The position numbers and the translations under genes are program-made. From positions 13,408-77,407 of the IMG/VR virus record IMGVR_UViG_3300028591_000019: a stretch of 64,000 nt of DNA. The stretch is one strand, 5' to 3'. The notes below the pieces were generated by a model. It saw nothing but the letters and a program-made list of their open reading frames with translations. It had not been told where the DNA came from and did no database searches. Origin of the DNA: a virus (Duplodnaviria; Caudoviricetes). This document shows, in pieces, positions 9,158 to 17,156 of this stretch. How positions within the stretch are numbered: position 1 is the stretch's first letter; every line of letters starts with the position of its first letter.

Positions 9158-10114
9158 TTAAGCCAAAGGGTCATCCTCGTCAAGGATTTCGCCCGTCTCT
9201 TCGTCTACGAGTACATCTTCGGCAGGAACTCCATCTACAACAACAGGCTCTTTCGGTTCTTTGTATTCACCCTTCGGTCTGTTGTCTACGTAGTCAACGC
9301 CGACAAACTCGTTGTTCTGTACGACAGGAACGCCTTGGTCGTTAGCCATTGCAGTCTGCATCTCAATTGACATCGGGGCATAGCCCTTTGACAGAAGCTG
9401 ACGAAGCATTGTCTTCATTGCCATGCCATCGAAATCCTTGTACCAGAACGAGGAGTACTTCCACAGTTCAGACTTCGGTACGTTCCCGCTGATATACAGT
9501 TGATAGTTCTCTTTGCTGAAAGCATTGGAGTATTTGTCTGCGTGTGCAAGCATCTTCTCCTTGCTCCAGTAAATTCCTTTATGAAATCCATTAAGAAGCT
9601 TAAAAAAGGCATAGTATCCTACTGTCGGTGTCTTGGCTCTCTCTTCTTCGTCCTCGATAACTTTGACTTCAATTTCTTCTGTAATCGGGTCAAATCGGAT
9701 AAGTTCGCCTTGCTTGATTGGAACAACATTCAGATTTTCGTACTGCCCAGTACGGACAGCCAACTGCAAGTAAGCTTTATACCCCATTTGAAATTGAGCC
9801 ACCTTGCGGTTGTTCTTGGTATCGTTGTACGGAACAAGATAGTACTGCCCAAGTTGCGGAGACGGAGACAGTCCAAGGGATTCTCCGATAAGCGCAGAGG
9901 ACAGAATCGTTCCTGCATCACACTCTTGCAAGGCAGGATTCGTAGATACGGCAGACGTAATGGCGGTAATAAATCTAGTCGCTCTCTTGGGGTCACCAAG
10001 CGTATTGTTGATAAGGTTCTTATATCCCTCGCTCTGAATAGCAAGAGAGAATGGTAATGGTTTCTTCTGCGGTATCGTATTTACTGCCTGTTGCAGATTC
10101 TGTTTCGGCTTCAT
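9158..10114 (-). CDS. recT: RecT-family single-strand annealing recombinase
   Basis: NPALQEC, LGLSPSPQLGQYYLVPY, AQFQMGYKAYLQLAVRTGQY, MAMKTMLR; start moved to ATG 10114 (ATGA overlap). Confidence 0.9.
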   Translation of the reverse strand: MKPKQNLQQAVNTIPQKKPLPFSLAIQSEGYKNLINNTLGDPKRATRFITAITSAVSTNPALQECDAGTILSSALIGESLGLSPSPQLGQYYLVPYNDTKNNRKVAQFQMGYKAYLQLAVRTGQYENLNVVPIKQGELIRFDPITEEIEVKVIEDEEERAKTPTVGYYAFFKLLNGFHKGIYWSKEKMLAHADKYSNAFSKENYQLYISGNVPKSELWKYSSFWYKDFDGMAMKTMLRQLLSKGYAPMSIEMQTAMANDQGVPVVQNNEFVGVDYVDNRPKGEYKEPKEPVVVDGVPAEDVLVDEETGEILDEDDPLA

Positions 10115-10305
10115 GCCTGTTCTCCTTTCATATTCTTGATTGCGTTCCCGATGCATCCGTTCTTCCCACAGTCCACGCAGAAGTAAAACTGTTTCATGCT
10201 AAAGTCATCTCCAGTACGAAGAGGTTGCACGTTCACTCTGTAATACTTCCCGTTTGTAATCTGTTTCCTGCACGAATCGCAAATAACGACATATTCTCTT
10301 CCCAT
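10111..10305 (-). CDS. Small Zn-finger-like hypothetical protein
   Basis: 64 aa, CDSC...CVDC; coupled to recT. Confidence 0.55.
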   Translation of the reverse strand: MGREYVVICDSCRKQITNGKYYRVNVQPLRTGDDFSMKQFYFCVDCGKNGCIGNAIKNMKGEQA

Positions 10306-10318
10306 GCTTCAATCCCCC

Positions 10319-11146
10319 TTATTTCTGCGGTACTCTTGTGTATTTGATTCCGTTGCTGACAACGAAGTTCTTAAACAGATTCTTCTGTGTCTCTGTCATA
10401 AACAGACGGACATCGTAGAACTTAACAGGCTCTTGCTTCGGAGCAGGAATCGGTTGCTGTACGGGTACTGGTTTCGGCTGAACAACGGCTTGCTGTACTT
10501 CCTGTTTCTTCTGCTCCTGCTCGGCTTTCATCCGTGCAATCTGTGCGGCTTTCTCTTCAAGCCTATTCTTAGTTTCAAGCGCAACTCCCATATCAAGAGA
10601 GTCAAGATACGCTTCAATCATTTCCGTTTCGTACTGGCTCTGCATCCCGTGCAGGATTCCAAGGTTCTTCTTGACGGCATTCAACGTCATATCAATAGAA
10701 GACTTGATGTCATCCATCTTGGCTGTTTTGTTCAGCCACTTCTGGTCGAAGACTTTCTCGAAAGAAAGGACGATTGCGGTATCTCCTGCAACAGAGTTGA
10801 AGTACTCTTCAATCTCCTGCTTCTTCTGACGCTTCACCCCGTCTTCCAGTTCCTTAACTTGCACATCCATAGAGGAAGCCGCATCGGTAAGAATCTGGGT
10901 GAGTTCGATACATTGCTGTATCGTCTTCTCAATCTTCTTCTCATGCTCTTTCTTGAGAGCGATACGGTAATCGGAAATCTTCTTTGCCAGATTCCTCAAG
11001 TCTGCGATATCCTGCTTCGCACTACGGATGCTTTCGTCCGTCACGACAACAGACTTGTACTTCTGTGCCGTCTCTAATGCCCAAGCCTTTAACGGCTCAT
11101 AGTTAGCAACGCCATTCAATCCCTCGTTTTCAACGATAATGTCCAT
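10319..11146 (-). CDS. DUF1351-like coiled-coil protein
   Basis: NYEPLK...YKSVVVT...AKQDIADLRNL, FDQKWLNKT; typical neighbour of YqaJ/RecT. Confidence 0.75.
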   Translation of the reverse strand: MDIIVENEGLNGVANYEPLKAWALETAQKYKSVVVTDESIRSAKQDIADLRNLAKKISDYRIALKKEHEKKIEKTIQQCIELTQILTDAASSMDVQVKELEDGVKRQKKQEIEEYFNSVAGDTAIVLSFEKVFDQKWLNKTAKMDDIKSSIDMTLNAVKKNLGILHGMQSQYETEMIEAYLDSLDMGVALETKNRLEEKAAQIARMKAEQEQKKQEVQQAVVQPKPVPVQQPIPAPKQEPVKFYDVRLFMTETQKNLFKNFVVSNGIKYTRVPQK

Positions 11147-11161
11147 AAGTTATCCCCTTTC

Positions 11162-11794
11162 TTAAAGTGCTAATATCAGCGGTGGCATCTGCTTTCTCTG
11201 TACATAGCCCCAAAATTCCGTTTCTTTTTCGATAAGCCATGATATATCTTCAACGTAATCTTCACGCTCAAACCGATAGGTTCGTATCACTTGATTCCCA
11301 TCCAGTCCTGTCAGACAAGCGTAAAGGTCTGCGAACTCATAGCCTGTCGATATCATCTGGTGCAGGACTTGTGTGAGATAGTGATTCGGAATCCGTCCGT
11401 CCCATTCGTCCCATTGGCTTCTCTTCGACAGCATCGCCGTCTTGATTTCAAGGATTCCTCTGCGGTCAAGCGCATCCGTCAGTTCACCGTCCAACGTGCT
11501 TGCGATAAACGGATATTCCTCTTGGAAGATAATCGTGTACTGGTGATAATCGATAGCCATTTCGGGATTGTATGCGGAGTACAGTTCACGCAATGCGGGT
11601 TCTGCTCTCTTCCCAAGTTCAATCGCTTCGTTCGTGACGAACCGCTGAACTGTTCCGACTTTCTCCCGATACAAGTCCACATTGGATTTCCATTTAGAAA
11701 CACCAAGAAGAGCGGCACAGTCGCTTCCACCTATGTGGTTACATCTCTCGGCAAGCCACTCTTCTTCGTTTTTACAATCAATTCTTATTTGCAC
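11162..11794 (-). CDS. YqaJ / lambda-exonuclease-like recombination nuclease
   Basis: WLAERCNHIGGSD, ASTLDG, LEIKT, YLTQVLHQM motifs. Confidence 0.9.
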   Translation of the reverse strand: MQIRIDCKNEEEWLAERCNHIGGSDCAALLGVSKWKSNVDLYREKVGTVQRFVTNEAIELGKRAEPALRELYSAYNPEMAIDYHQYTIIFQEEYPFIASTLDGELTDALDRRGILEIKTAMLSKRSQWDEWDGRIPNHYLTQVLHQMISTGYEFADLYACLTGLDGNQVIRTYRFEREDYVEDISWLIEKETEFWGYVQRKQMPPLILAL

Positions 11795-12047
11795 TTCTCT
11801 TCTCCCTCATTGCTTTGTCAGCGGCATCGATTGTGTTACAGGCAACTTTCAGCTGTCTGCGAAGTTCCTCGTTCTCGTTGCAAAGGGAAGTGTCGAAGCA
11901 CATGACCTTGTTGCTGACATTCCTGCAAGTCTGTGCATAGTTCTGGAGATAGTTGATAATCGAATCAATCTCCTGCATCTGCTTGCGAATATCGCCGTAA
12001 CTCTTAGAACGGACTTTGCCGTTTCTGTCTGTCCAAATCTTCATCAT
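11778..12047 (-). CDS. Hypothetical coiled-coil protein
   Basis: 89 aa ORF overlapping the yqaJ start. Confidence 0.55.
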   Translation of the reverse strand: MMKIWTDRNGKVRSKSYGDIRKQMQEIDSIINYLQNYAQTCRNVSNKVMCFDTSLCNENEELRRQLKVACNTIDAADKAMREKRSANKN

Positions 12048-12077
12048 CGTGGTGTCCTTTCATAAAGATTTTTAGTT

Positions 12078-12178
12078 GTCGGTCTGTTCCCGACTGCCAC
12101 TATGTCTTTCCATAGAGCCAGAAATAACACATGGCGTCTGTCTATTCCAGACTGTCACTATGTCTTTCCATAGAGCCA
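12078..12178 (-). ncRNA. Tandem two-hairpin RNA element, two 43-nt copies
   Basis: Copies at 12078-12120 and 12136-12178; stems CTATG/CATAG and GTCGG/CCGAC versus GTCTG/CAGAC (compensatory change). Confidence 0.55.
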
Positions 12179-12234
12179 TTCAGTAAGGAGTCGCAAAATG
12201 CCCAACCAAGGCAATGTCCCTAGCCACATGGGAC

Positions 12235-12308
12235 TGGCTGAGAACGGTGGGCTCGAACCACCAATACATGAGTCAAAGTCATGTGTGTTACCGTTACACC
12301 AGTTCTCA
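12235..12308 (-). tRNA. tRNA-Gln (anticodon TTG)
   Basis: Acceptor TGAGAAC/GTTCTCA-G-CCA, anticodon arm CATGA-CT-TTG-AC-TCATG, T-loop GGTTCGAGCC. Confidence 0.92.
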
Positions 12309-12310
12309 TC

Positions 12311-12440
12311 GAAAAAAGCGGGAGCGTTTACGAAATCCATAGCGTGCGATTACGGAATAGAGGATTCTCCTTTCTATAAATTCGTATTTTGGTGGTCAAA
12401 TCAAAGTAGTTGCTAACGTCCTTCGATTTTGCTCCCGCTA
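12311..12440 (-). ncRNA. Candidate structured RNA or tRNA leader
   Basis: 9-bp closing stem AGCGGGAGC (12317-12325) / GCTCCCGCT (12431-12439) with internal pairings, then T6 on minus just before the tRNA. Confidence 0.35.
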
Positions 12441-12492
12441 AAAACTCTCTGTACTGTGGTCTGTGCTTTCGCTGTGCCAATTGCAGAGAAGT

Positions 12493-12699
12493 TTATTCCC
12501 AGTTAGGATTGTTATCCCACCAGTCTTCTACATCTATCCTGCGAAGACATACATCGCATCCTGTGGGGTCACCGCTCGTGTCAACGTACACACTCTCGCA
12601 TTCCTCTCCGCATATCGGGCAGTTCACCTTGTGCGGATACTCTGGGTAGAAGTCTGGAATCATCTGATTCTCGACATCTCGCACATCTCCAAGACGCAT
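12493..12699 (-). CDS. Small Zn-finger hypothetical protein
   Basis: CPICGEECESVY...GCDVC; true start may be the later MIPDF. Confidence 0.6.
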   Translation of the reverse strand: MRLGDVRDVENQMIPDFYPEYPHKVNCPICGEECESVYVDTSGDPTGCDVCLRRIDVEDWWDNNPNWE

Positions 12700-12702
12700 A
12701 AG

Positions 12703-12909
12703 CTAGTCCTCGTCTTCCATCGGAATCCTGCAATAACTTGATAGAGATTTGTGCAAGCCCTTCTTGGCTCTCAAGCCACATTTGTCTGGACTGTTAAGAC
12801 ATTTGTCCTTACATATCGCTTGGACTTCACAAGACTTACAGCATAGGTTCAAGACTTGCTCTTCGCAGAAGAAATGCGAACATTTGATTTGCTCTTTAGG
12901 AAAAATCAT
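12703..12909 (-). CDS. Cys-rich hypothetical protein
   Basis: 68 aa with CCKSC...CKDKCLNSPDKCG. Confidence 0.55.
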   Translation of the reverse strand: MIFPKEQIKCSHFFCEEQVLNLCCKSCEVQAICKDKCLNSPDKCGLRAKKGLHKSLSSYCRIPMEDED

Positions 12910-12948
12910 TCTTTGCCCCCTTGTGCTATCAATTGCTACGAATTGCGG

Positions 12949-13191
12949 TTACTTATGCTCCGTAACCATGTAGTCAAGACTCACACCGAAATCCTTTGCG
13001 ATTACCATCAAGACATCAAGTCTTGGTACTACCTCGCCCCGCCCCCATCGGGAGATACTGTTCTTTGCAATCTGCAAATTTATCTCAAGAGACTCGACCG
13101 TAACGTGTGCTTCTCTGCACAATTCCTTTATGTTCTGGTAGACGGTTCTACCTACAGTACGAAACTCCTGCTTCTCTTTCGTAACTTTCAA
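12949..13191 (-). CDS. Cro-like XRE helix-turn-helix regulator
   Basis: NIKELCREAHVTVESLE...KNSISRW...IAKDFGVSLDY; TTG 13191 after GGAAGGAG; divergent from CI. Confidence 0.8.
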   Translation of the reverse strand: MKVTKEKQEFRTVGRTVYQNIKELCREAHVTVESLEINLQIAKNSISRWGRGEVVPRLDVLMVIAKDFGVSLDYMVTEHK

Positions 13192-13212
13192 GAAATCTTT
13201 TCTCCTTCCCGC

Positions 13213-13240
13213 TTGACATTTCAAGCATTTATGCTAAGAT
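13213..13240 (+). promoter_or_regulatory. Sigma-A promoter toward CI
   Basis: TTGACA-N16-TAAGAT with extended -10 TG; inverted repeat GCTTGA-CATT-TCAAGC over the -35. Confidence 0.6.
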
Positions 13241-13314
13241 TAAGACAAGAGGTGGACAAAATAACCCCCTCTGTCATATGGGGCTGTGCGGTATTCGGTT
13301 TGCTCGACACTTAC

Positions 13315-13343
13315 AGTTTACTGCACTTCCCCTATGCTGTCAA
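13315..13343 (-). promoter_or_regulatory. Sigma-A promoter toward cro and the lytic operon
   Basis: Minus strand TTGACA-N17-TAAACT; palindrome ATGCT-GTCA-AGCAT over the -35. Confidence 0.6.
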
Positions 13344-13377
13344 GCATTTTCTGCTAACTTTTTTGCATGGAATTGAA

Positions 13378-14010
13378 ATGTTTGATTATCTGTACGAAAA
13401 CATTCAAAGGATAGCGAGGGCGCAAAATCTTTCGCTTCGTGATGTCGAATCCCGTGCGGGACTCGGCAGGAATACTATTTATCGTTGGAAGCAAGCACAA
13501 CCATCTCGCTCATCTGCGGCAAAAGTTGCGAAGGTTCTGGGTGTTCCTGTTGAAAATCTGTACGAAACAACATCGCAAAGACGGGATGTCTTCTCATCGC
13601 CTGTAGGGAACTTAATACAGATGCCTATTGTTGGTTCTGTCCGTGCAGGATACGGCGGTCTGGCTGTAGAGGATTATCTCTACGATTACAAAGGCATCCC
13701 CGCAGAATCCTTGAGAGGATACCCGCCCAATGAGTGCAGACTCCTGCGTGTGCGTGGGAGTTCTATGTATCCGACTATCGTAGAAGGAGACACCGTCCTC
13801 GTACATAGGCAGGAAGACGTAGAGAGCGGAGAGATAGCCGTCATCTTAACGGAAGACGAGGAAGCGACTCTGAAGACCGTAGTGAAGGGAAAGGGATATC
13901 TGGAACTCGTTCCGAAGAATCCCGAATACCAGACCAAGAGATTTGATAACGGCAACTGTAAAGACATACATATCTGGGGCAAGGTACTGACCCTGTTCCG
14001 TGATTTCTAA
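13378..14010 (+). CDS. CI-like repressor, XRE HTH plus S24 autopeptidase (LexA-like)
   Basis: HTH N-terminus, VRAG cleavage site, GSSMYP serine, ATLK lysine; start moved to ATG 13378. Confidence 0.92.
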   Translation: MFDYLYENIQRIARAQNLSLRDVESRAGLGRNTIYRWKQAQPSRSSAAKVAKVLGVPVENLYETTSQRRDVFSSPVGNLIQMPIVGSVRAGYGGLAVEDYLYDYKGIPAESLRGYPPNECRLLRVRGSSMYPTIVEGDTVLVHRQEDVESGEIAVILTEDEEATLKTVVKGKGYLELVPKNPEYQTKRFDNGNCKDIHIWGKVLTLFRDF

Positions 14011-14023
14011 AAGGAGAGCGTAC

Positions 14024-14395
14024 ATGACAATCGGAGAACGTATTAAACTGAGAAGGGCTGAACTGAATATCTCGCAAGGAGAACTGGCGAGTGCGGTCGG
14101 CATGAAACATCAGACAAGCATCAGCAAAATCGAACTCGGACAACGAGGTGTCCCGCTCCATTATCTGGAAGCGATTGCCGAAAAGCTAAAGACAACTCCC
14201 GACTATCTCCTTGGTCGGACGGATGACCCCGAAACAGGAGTTCCAAAATTTGTACAACAGTTTGAAGATAACAAGTTAGCAGAGATTAACGCATTCGCTA
14301 CTTTGCTGTCTGAAGAGAACAGGGAAACCGTAGTTTCGTATATGAGGTTCTTGTATCAAGAACAGATGAGGGCTTCTTATGCAGACAAAGCGTAA
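14024..14395 (+). CDS. Second XRE HTH repressor
   Basis: MTIGERIKLRRAELNISQGELA...SISKIELG...TTPDYLLG; AAGGAG ribosome site. Confidence 0.88.
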   Translation: MTIGERIKLRRAELNISQGELASAVGMKHQTSISKIELGQRGVPLHYLEAIAEKLKTTPDYLLGRTDDPETGVPKFVQQFEDNKLAEINAFATLLSEENRETVVSYMRFLYQEQMRASYADKA

Positions 14396-15479
14396 GAACG
14401 AAGCAAGTTGGGACGGCAAGCGTTGGAGCATTAAGGTTCAGTCGAACGGCACACGCAAGTCGTTCTATTCTTCTATAGAGGGGAAAAAGGGAAAGATAGA
14501 CTGCGAGAAGAAAGCAGACGATTGGCTCGTAAACAGTCTTAACGGGGAGAACCTCAAGGTAGAGAAACTCTTTGACGATTTTATCGAGGACATGAAACAG
14601 CTTGATAAAAGCTATAAGCAGTTTGAATCTATCGGTAGGTCGAGAATCGTTCCGTCTATCGGGAAGAAAAAGATAAGTACTGTAACGGAACAGGATTTGC
14701 AGAACATTATACATAAGGCGAACCGAGACGGTCTGTCTAAGAAGACACAGCGCAACATCCGTGGCTGTATCTCTTCGTTCTTCAAGTACTGTCGAAAACG
14801 GAAGTGTACAACGCTTATCCCTTCCGATATAGAAATTCGCCGTACCGCTCCGACATACGAAAAGAAATCGCTTCAGCCCGAAGAGATTAAGAAGGTCTTC
14901 TCGTCCGAAATCACAACGTATAACGGAAGAGACATCGAGGACAGATATATCTACCTCTACCGCTTCGGCATCTGTACAGGACTCCGTCCAAGCGAACTGC
15001 TCGGTCTGCAATGGAAAGATATCTCTGGCGATATTATAACGGTACACCGTGGGATAAACAAAGAAGGGAAGATAACGTCTGGCAAGAACGAGAACGCAAA
15101 ACGGACATTTAAAATGTCTGCTACCGCTGAAGACGCTCTCCTCATGCAGAAGAAACAATTGAAAGAAGAACACATCGCTTCCATCTGGGTGTTCCCTTGG
15201 CGTGACGGAACTTCTACTTCTCTTGATAACTACTATAAAGCTTGGAAGAGATACGCAAAACGGAACGGCATTACGCCCGTCTCTCTGTATGAACTGTCAA
15301 GACATACCTTCGTAAGTCTGAACAAGCATATGCCTATCGAACTGCTGAAAGCAATTGTAGGACATAGTACTACAATGTCTACAACGGAGACATACGGACA
15401 CTTTTTGGAAGGTGAAATGGAACTGGCTCAGTCCTATCAAGATAAGGTCATGAAAGACCTTTTCAGCGGGAAATCTTGA
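14379..15479 (+). CDS. int: Tyrosine integrase
   Basis: TGLRPSELLGLQWKDI, YELSRHTF, VGHS...TYGH; adjacent att-like site. Confidence 0.92.
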   Translation: MQTKRKNEASWDGKRWSIKVQSNGTRKSFYSSIEGKKGKIDCEKKADDWLVNSLNGENLKVEKLFDDFIEDMKQLDKSYKQFESIGRSRIVPSIGKKKISTVTEQDLQNIIHKANRDGLSKKTQRNIRGCISSFFKYCRKRKCTTLIPSDIEIRRTAPTYEKKSLQPEEIKKVFSSEITTYNGRDIEDRYIYLYRFGICTGLRPSELLGLQWKDISGDIITVHRGINKEGKITSGKNENAKRTFKMSATAEDALLMQKKQLKEEHIASIWVFPWRDGTSTSLDNYYKAWKRYAKRNGITPVSLYELSRHTFVSLNKHMPIELLKAIVGHSTTMSTTETYGHFLEGEMELAQSYQDKVMKDLFSGKS

Positions 15480-15498
15480 GGACACTTTTGAGGACACT
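15475..15498 (+). repeat. Integrase arm-type repeats, left pair
   Basis: TTGAGGACACT twice in tandem at the int stop codon. Confidence 0.65.
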
Positions 15499-15623
15499 CG
15501 ATTTGCAGGATGTCTTAAACCGACTTGCAAAATATTCCTTATTAAGAATATTTCAAGCATATATGTTATAACTTATGACGGCAAAATAAGACAAATACTA
15601 CCTATAGTGCCATGAGTTGACTT

Positions 15624-15647
15624 GTTCAAGTCCCATCTGCCGCACCA
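15624..15647 (+). other. attP core resembling a tRNA 3' end (Leu-like)
   Basis: GTTCAAGTCCCATCTGCCGCACCA = T-loop, acceptor strand and CCA with no tRNA 5' half. Confidence 0.75.
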
Positions 15648-15675
15648 AAAAAATCCCAGAGTTCTGGGATTTTTC
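15648..15675. terminator. Bidirectional terminator after the att core
   Basis: AAAAAATCCCAGA-GT-TCTGGGATTTTT. Confidence 0.75.
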
Positions 15676-15691
15676 TTTATCTTGAGATGTC

Positions 15692-15714
15692 TTTGAGGAC
15701 ACTTTGAGGACACT
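15692..15714 (+). repeat. Integrase arm-type repeats, right pair
   Basis: TTTGAGGACAC twice in tandem, same orientation as the left pair. Confidence 0.65.
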
Positions 15715-15851
15715 TTATAAAAATATTTGGATATATATCGGAGGTTCTTCCTGCATCGCAAACAAAAAAGAAGGTCATCGCAGTACGATGACCTTTGTCT
15801 CCTTCTGCAACTTGGCAGACGAGATTTAAACGGTTGAGAACACTTTGGTGT

Positions 15852-16184
15852 TTAATCCCCGTTATTGTAATCATAAGAGTGAACAGCGTTTTTGTAAGAG
15901 CCGCAGTTCATCATCCATCCAGACACGCTTCCGTATTTAATAAGGTTCACATAAAAGATAACCGTCTCGTTACCCTCGGCATAAACAAAAACTGGAAGCT
16001 TGTCAGAACCAAGTATGGAATTGACTTGCGCTGTCGTTTGTTCAGTCAGCTTGTAGACATCTTCTACAAATGTAAATGTCTCACCCTCTATAAGGTCTAT
16101 GCGGGCATACAGACCACCGTCTGAACCACCGCCGCCGCCAGAACTCCCCATTAGAGCCTTTGTTAAAAGCATATCTTTCAGCAT
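15852..16184 (-). CDS. Hypothetical protein, tail-accessory-like
   Basis: LLTKALMGSSGGGGGS glycine linker start. Confidence 0.55.
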   Translation of the reverse strand: MLKDMLLTKALMGSSGGGGGSDGGLYARIDLIEGETFTFVEDVYKLTEQTTAQVNSILGSDKLPVFVYAEGNETVIFYVNLIKYGSVSGWMMNCGSYKNAVHSYDYNNGD

Positions 16185-16187
16185 AGG

Positions 16188-16376
16188 TTACGCTCCAATC
16201 TCAGCCCACGCAGTTCCATTGAAGTAAAAGGTTTTGTTCGTATCGAGTTCCTGTGCAAGGCTGTTCGTTGCAATCCCGCTTGTCGGCTTTGTATCAGTAG
16301 ATAGGCAGAGAATCTCTACATATCTTGAAGAGCCGCTTTCGACATTGACATATTTCTCTTCAACAATAGCTATCAT
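16188..16376 (-). CDS. Small hypothetical protein, tail-accessory-like
   Basis: CLSTDTKPT...ELDTNKTFYFNGTAW; start moved to ATG 16376 after AAGGAG. Confidence 0.6.
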   Translation of the reverse strand: MIAIVEEKYVNVESGSSRYVEILCLSTDTKPTSGIATNSLAQELDTNKTFYFNGTAWAEIGA

Positions 16377-16439
16377 CGAAACTTTACATCTCCTTAAAAT
16401 AGAATAAAATTGCAATTTATCTAGACAATCTATTATAAC

Positions 16440-16469
16440 AAAAAAGCATGGATTTTTCAAGAATCCATG
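16440..16469 (-). terminator. Intrinsic terminator ending the minus-strand small-gene arm
   Basis: GCATGGATT-N7-AATCCATGC followed by a T run on minus. Confidence 0.7.
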
Positions 16470-16479
16470 CCGTATTGTC

Positions 16480-16800
16480 TTAATCCATATCGTATGGTCT
16501 TGCTTTCTCGTGAAACTTGAGAAGCAGTTCTGTAATCTTCTTCTGCGGTATAATCTGCTTTATGCTCTTGCCAGTCTGCCTTGCGGACAGCATCGACTTC
16601 TGATTGAGACGCAACTGTTCTTCCGTCTGATAATACTCGGATACATACGGGCAGTAGGTGTACTGGGCGTAATACGATACCCGTTTCATATCGAACTTCA
16701 TCGTTTCTGGAATCGTCCGTATCTGCTTCGCATGGTATCCATTACAGCAAGGACACAATTCTTCCTTGTTGTTACCACTCCTCGTCTTTGTCTTTTCCAT
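16480..16800 (-). CDS. YgiT/MqsA-type Zn-finger protein without HTH
   Basis: CPCCNG...ETMKF...YTYCPYVSEYYQTEEQLRLNQKSM; start moved to ATG 16800. Confidence 0.5.
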   Translation of the reverse strand: MEKTKTRSGNNKEELCPCCNGYHAKQIRTIPETMKFDMKRVSYYAQYTYCPYVSEYYQTEEQLRLNQKSMLSARQTGKSIKQIIPQKKITELLLKFHEKARPYDMD

Positions 16801-16931
16801 CCTTCTCCTCTTCCCGAAGGATAACAAGCCTATCCTCTGCGTTGTATTTGTTGAAGAACGCTTCGATAAATAACAGCAACGAATCCATAGACATATCTCT
16901 GGCAAGCAACTCCTCGCCGCCGACATAAACC

Positions 16932-17156
16932 TTAAACCTTTGCTCCTGCATATGCTTCCTCTCTGCTCTTTATATTCTCATCATTCACCCAAGGAACGTA
17001 TACTTCTCTCCCGCACTTCTCGCACAAAGCTGTTCTCTCGAAATAACCGATATGCTTATCCCCGATAACAGCGTGTACATAGCCCGACCAAATCCTGTAC
17101 CCTACGTCTTCTCTGCACGTTTCGCAAAACACTTTATCCTGCATATTCCGCTTCAC
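16932..17156 (-). CDS. YgiT/MqsA-type Zn-finger protein without HTH
   Basis: FCETCREDV...IGDKHIGYFERTALCEKCGREVYVPWVNDEN. Confidence 0.6.
   Translation of the reverse strand: MKRNMQDKVFCETCREDVGYRIWSGYVHAVIGDKHIGYFERTALCEKCGREVYVPWVNDENIKSREEAYAGAKV

Noticed and set aside
12092-12178. 29-bp direct repeat pair as a mini CRISPR array
   Set aside because: Only two copies, similarity extends into the supposed spacer, and covariation points to RNA structure
12158-12340. 60-aa minus ORF
   Set aside because: Runs through the tRNA-Gln gene; not protein-like
12856-13377. N-terminal extension of the 384-aa repressor ORF in the track
   Set aside because: Overlaps cro and both switch promoters; the HTH domain begins at ATG 13378
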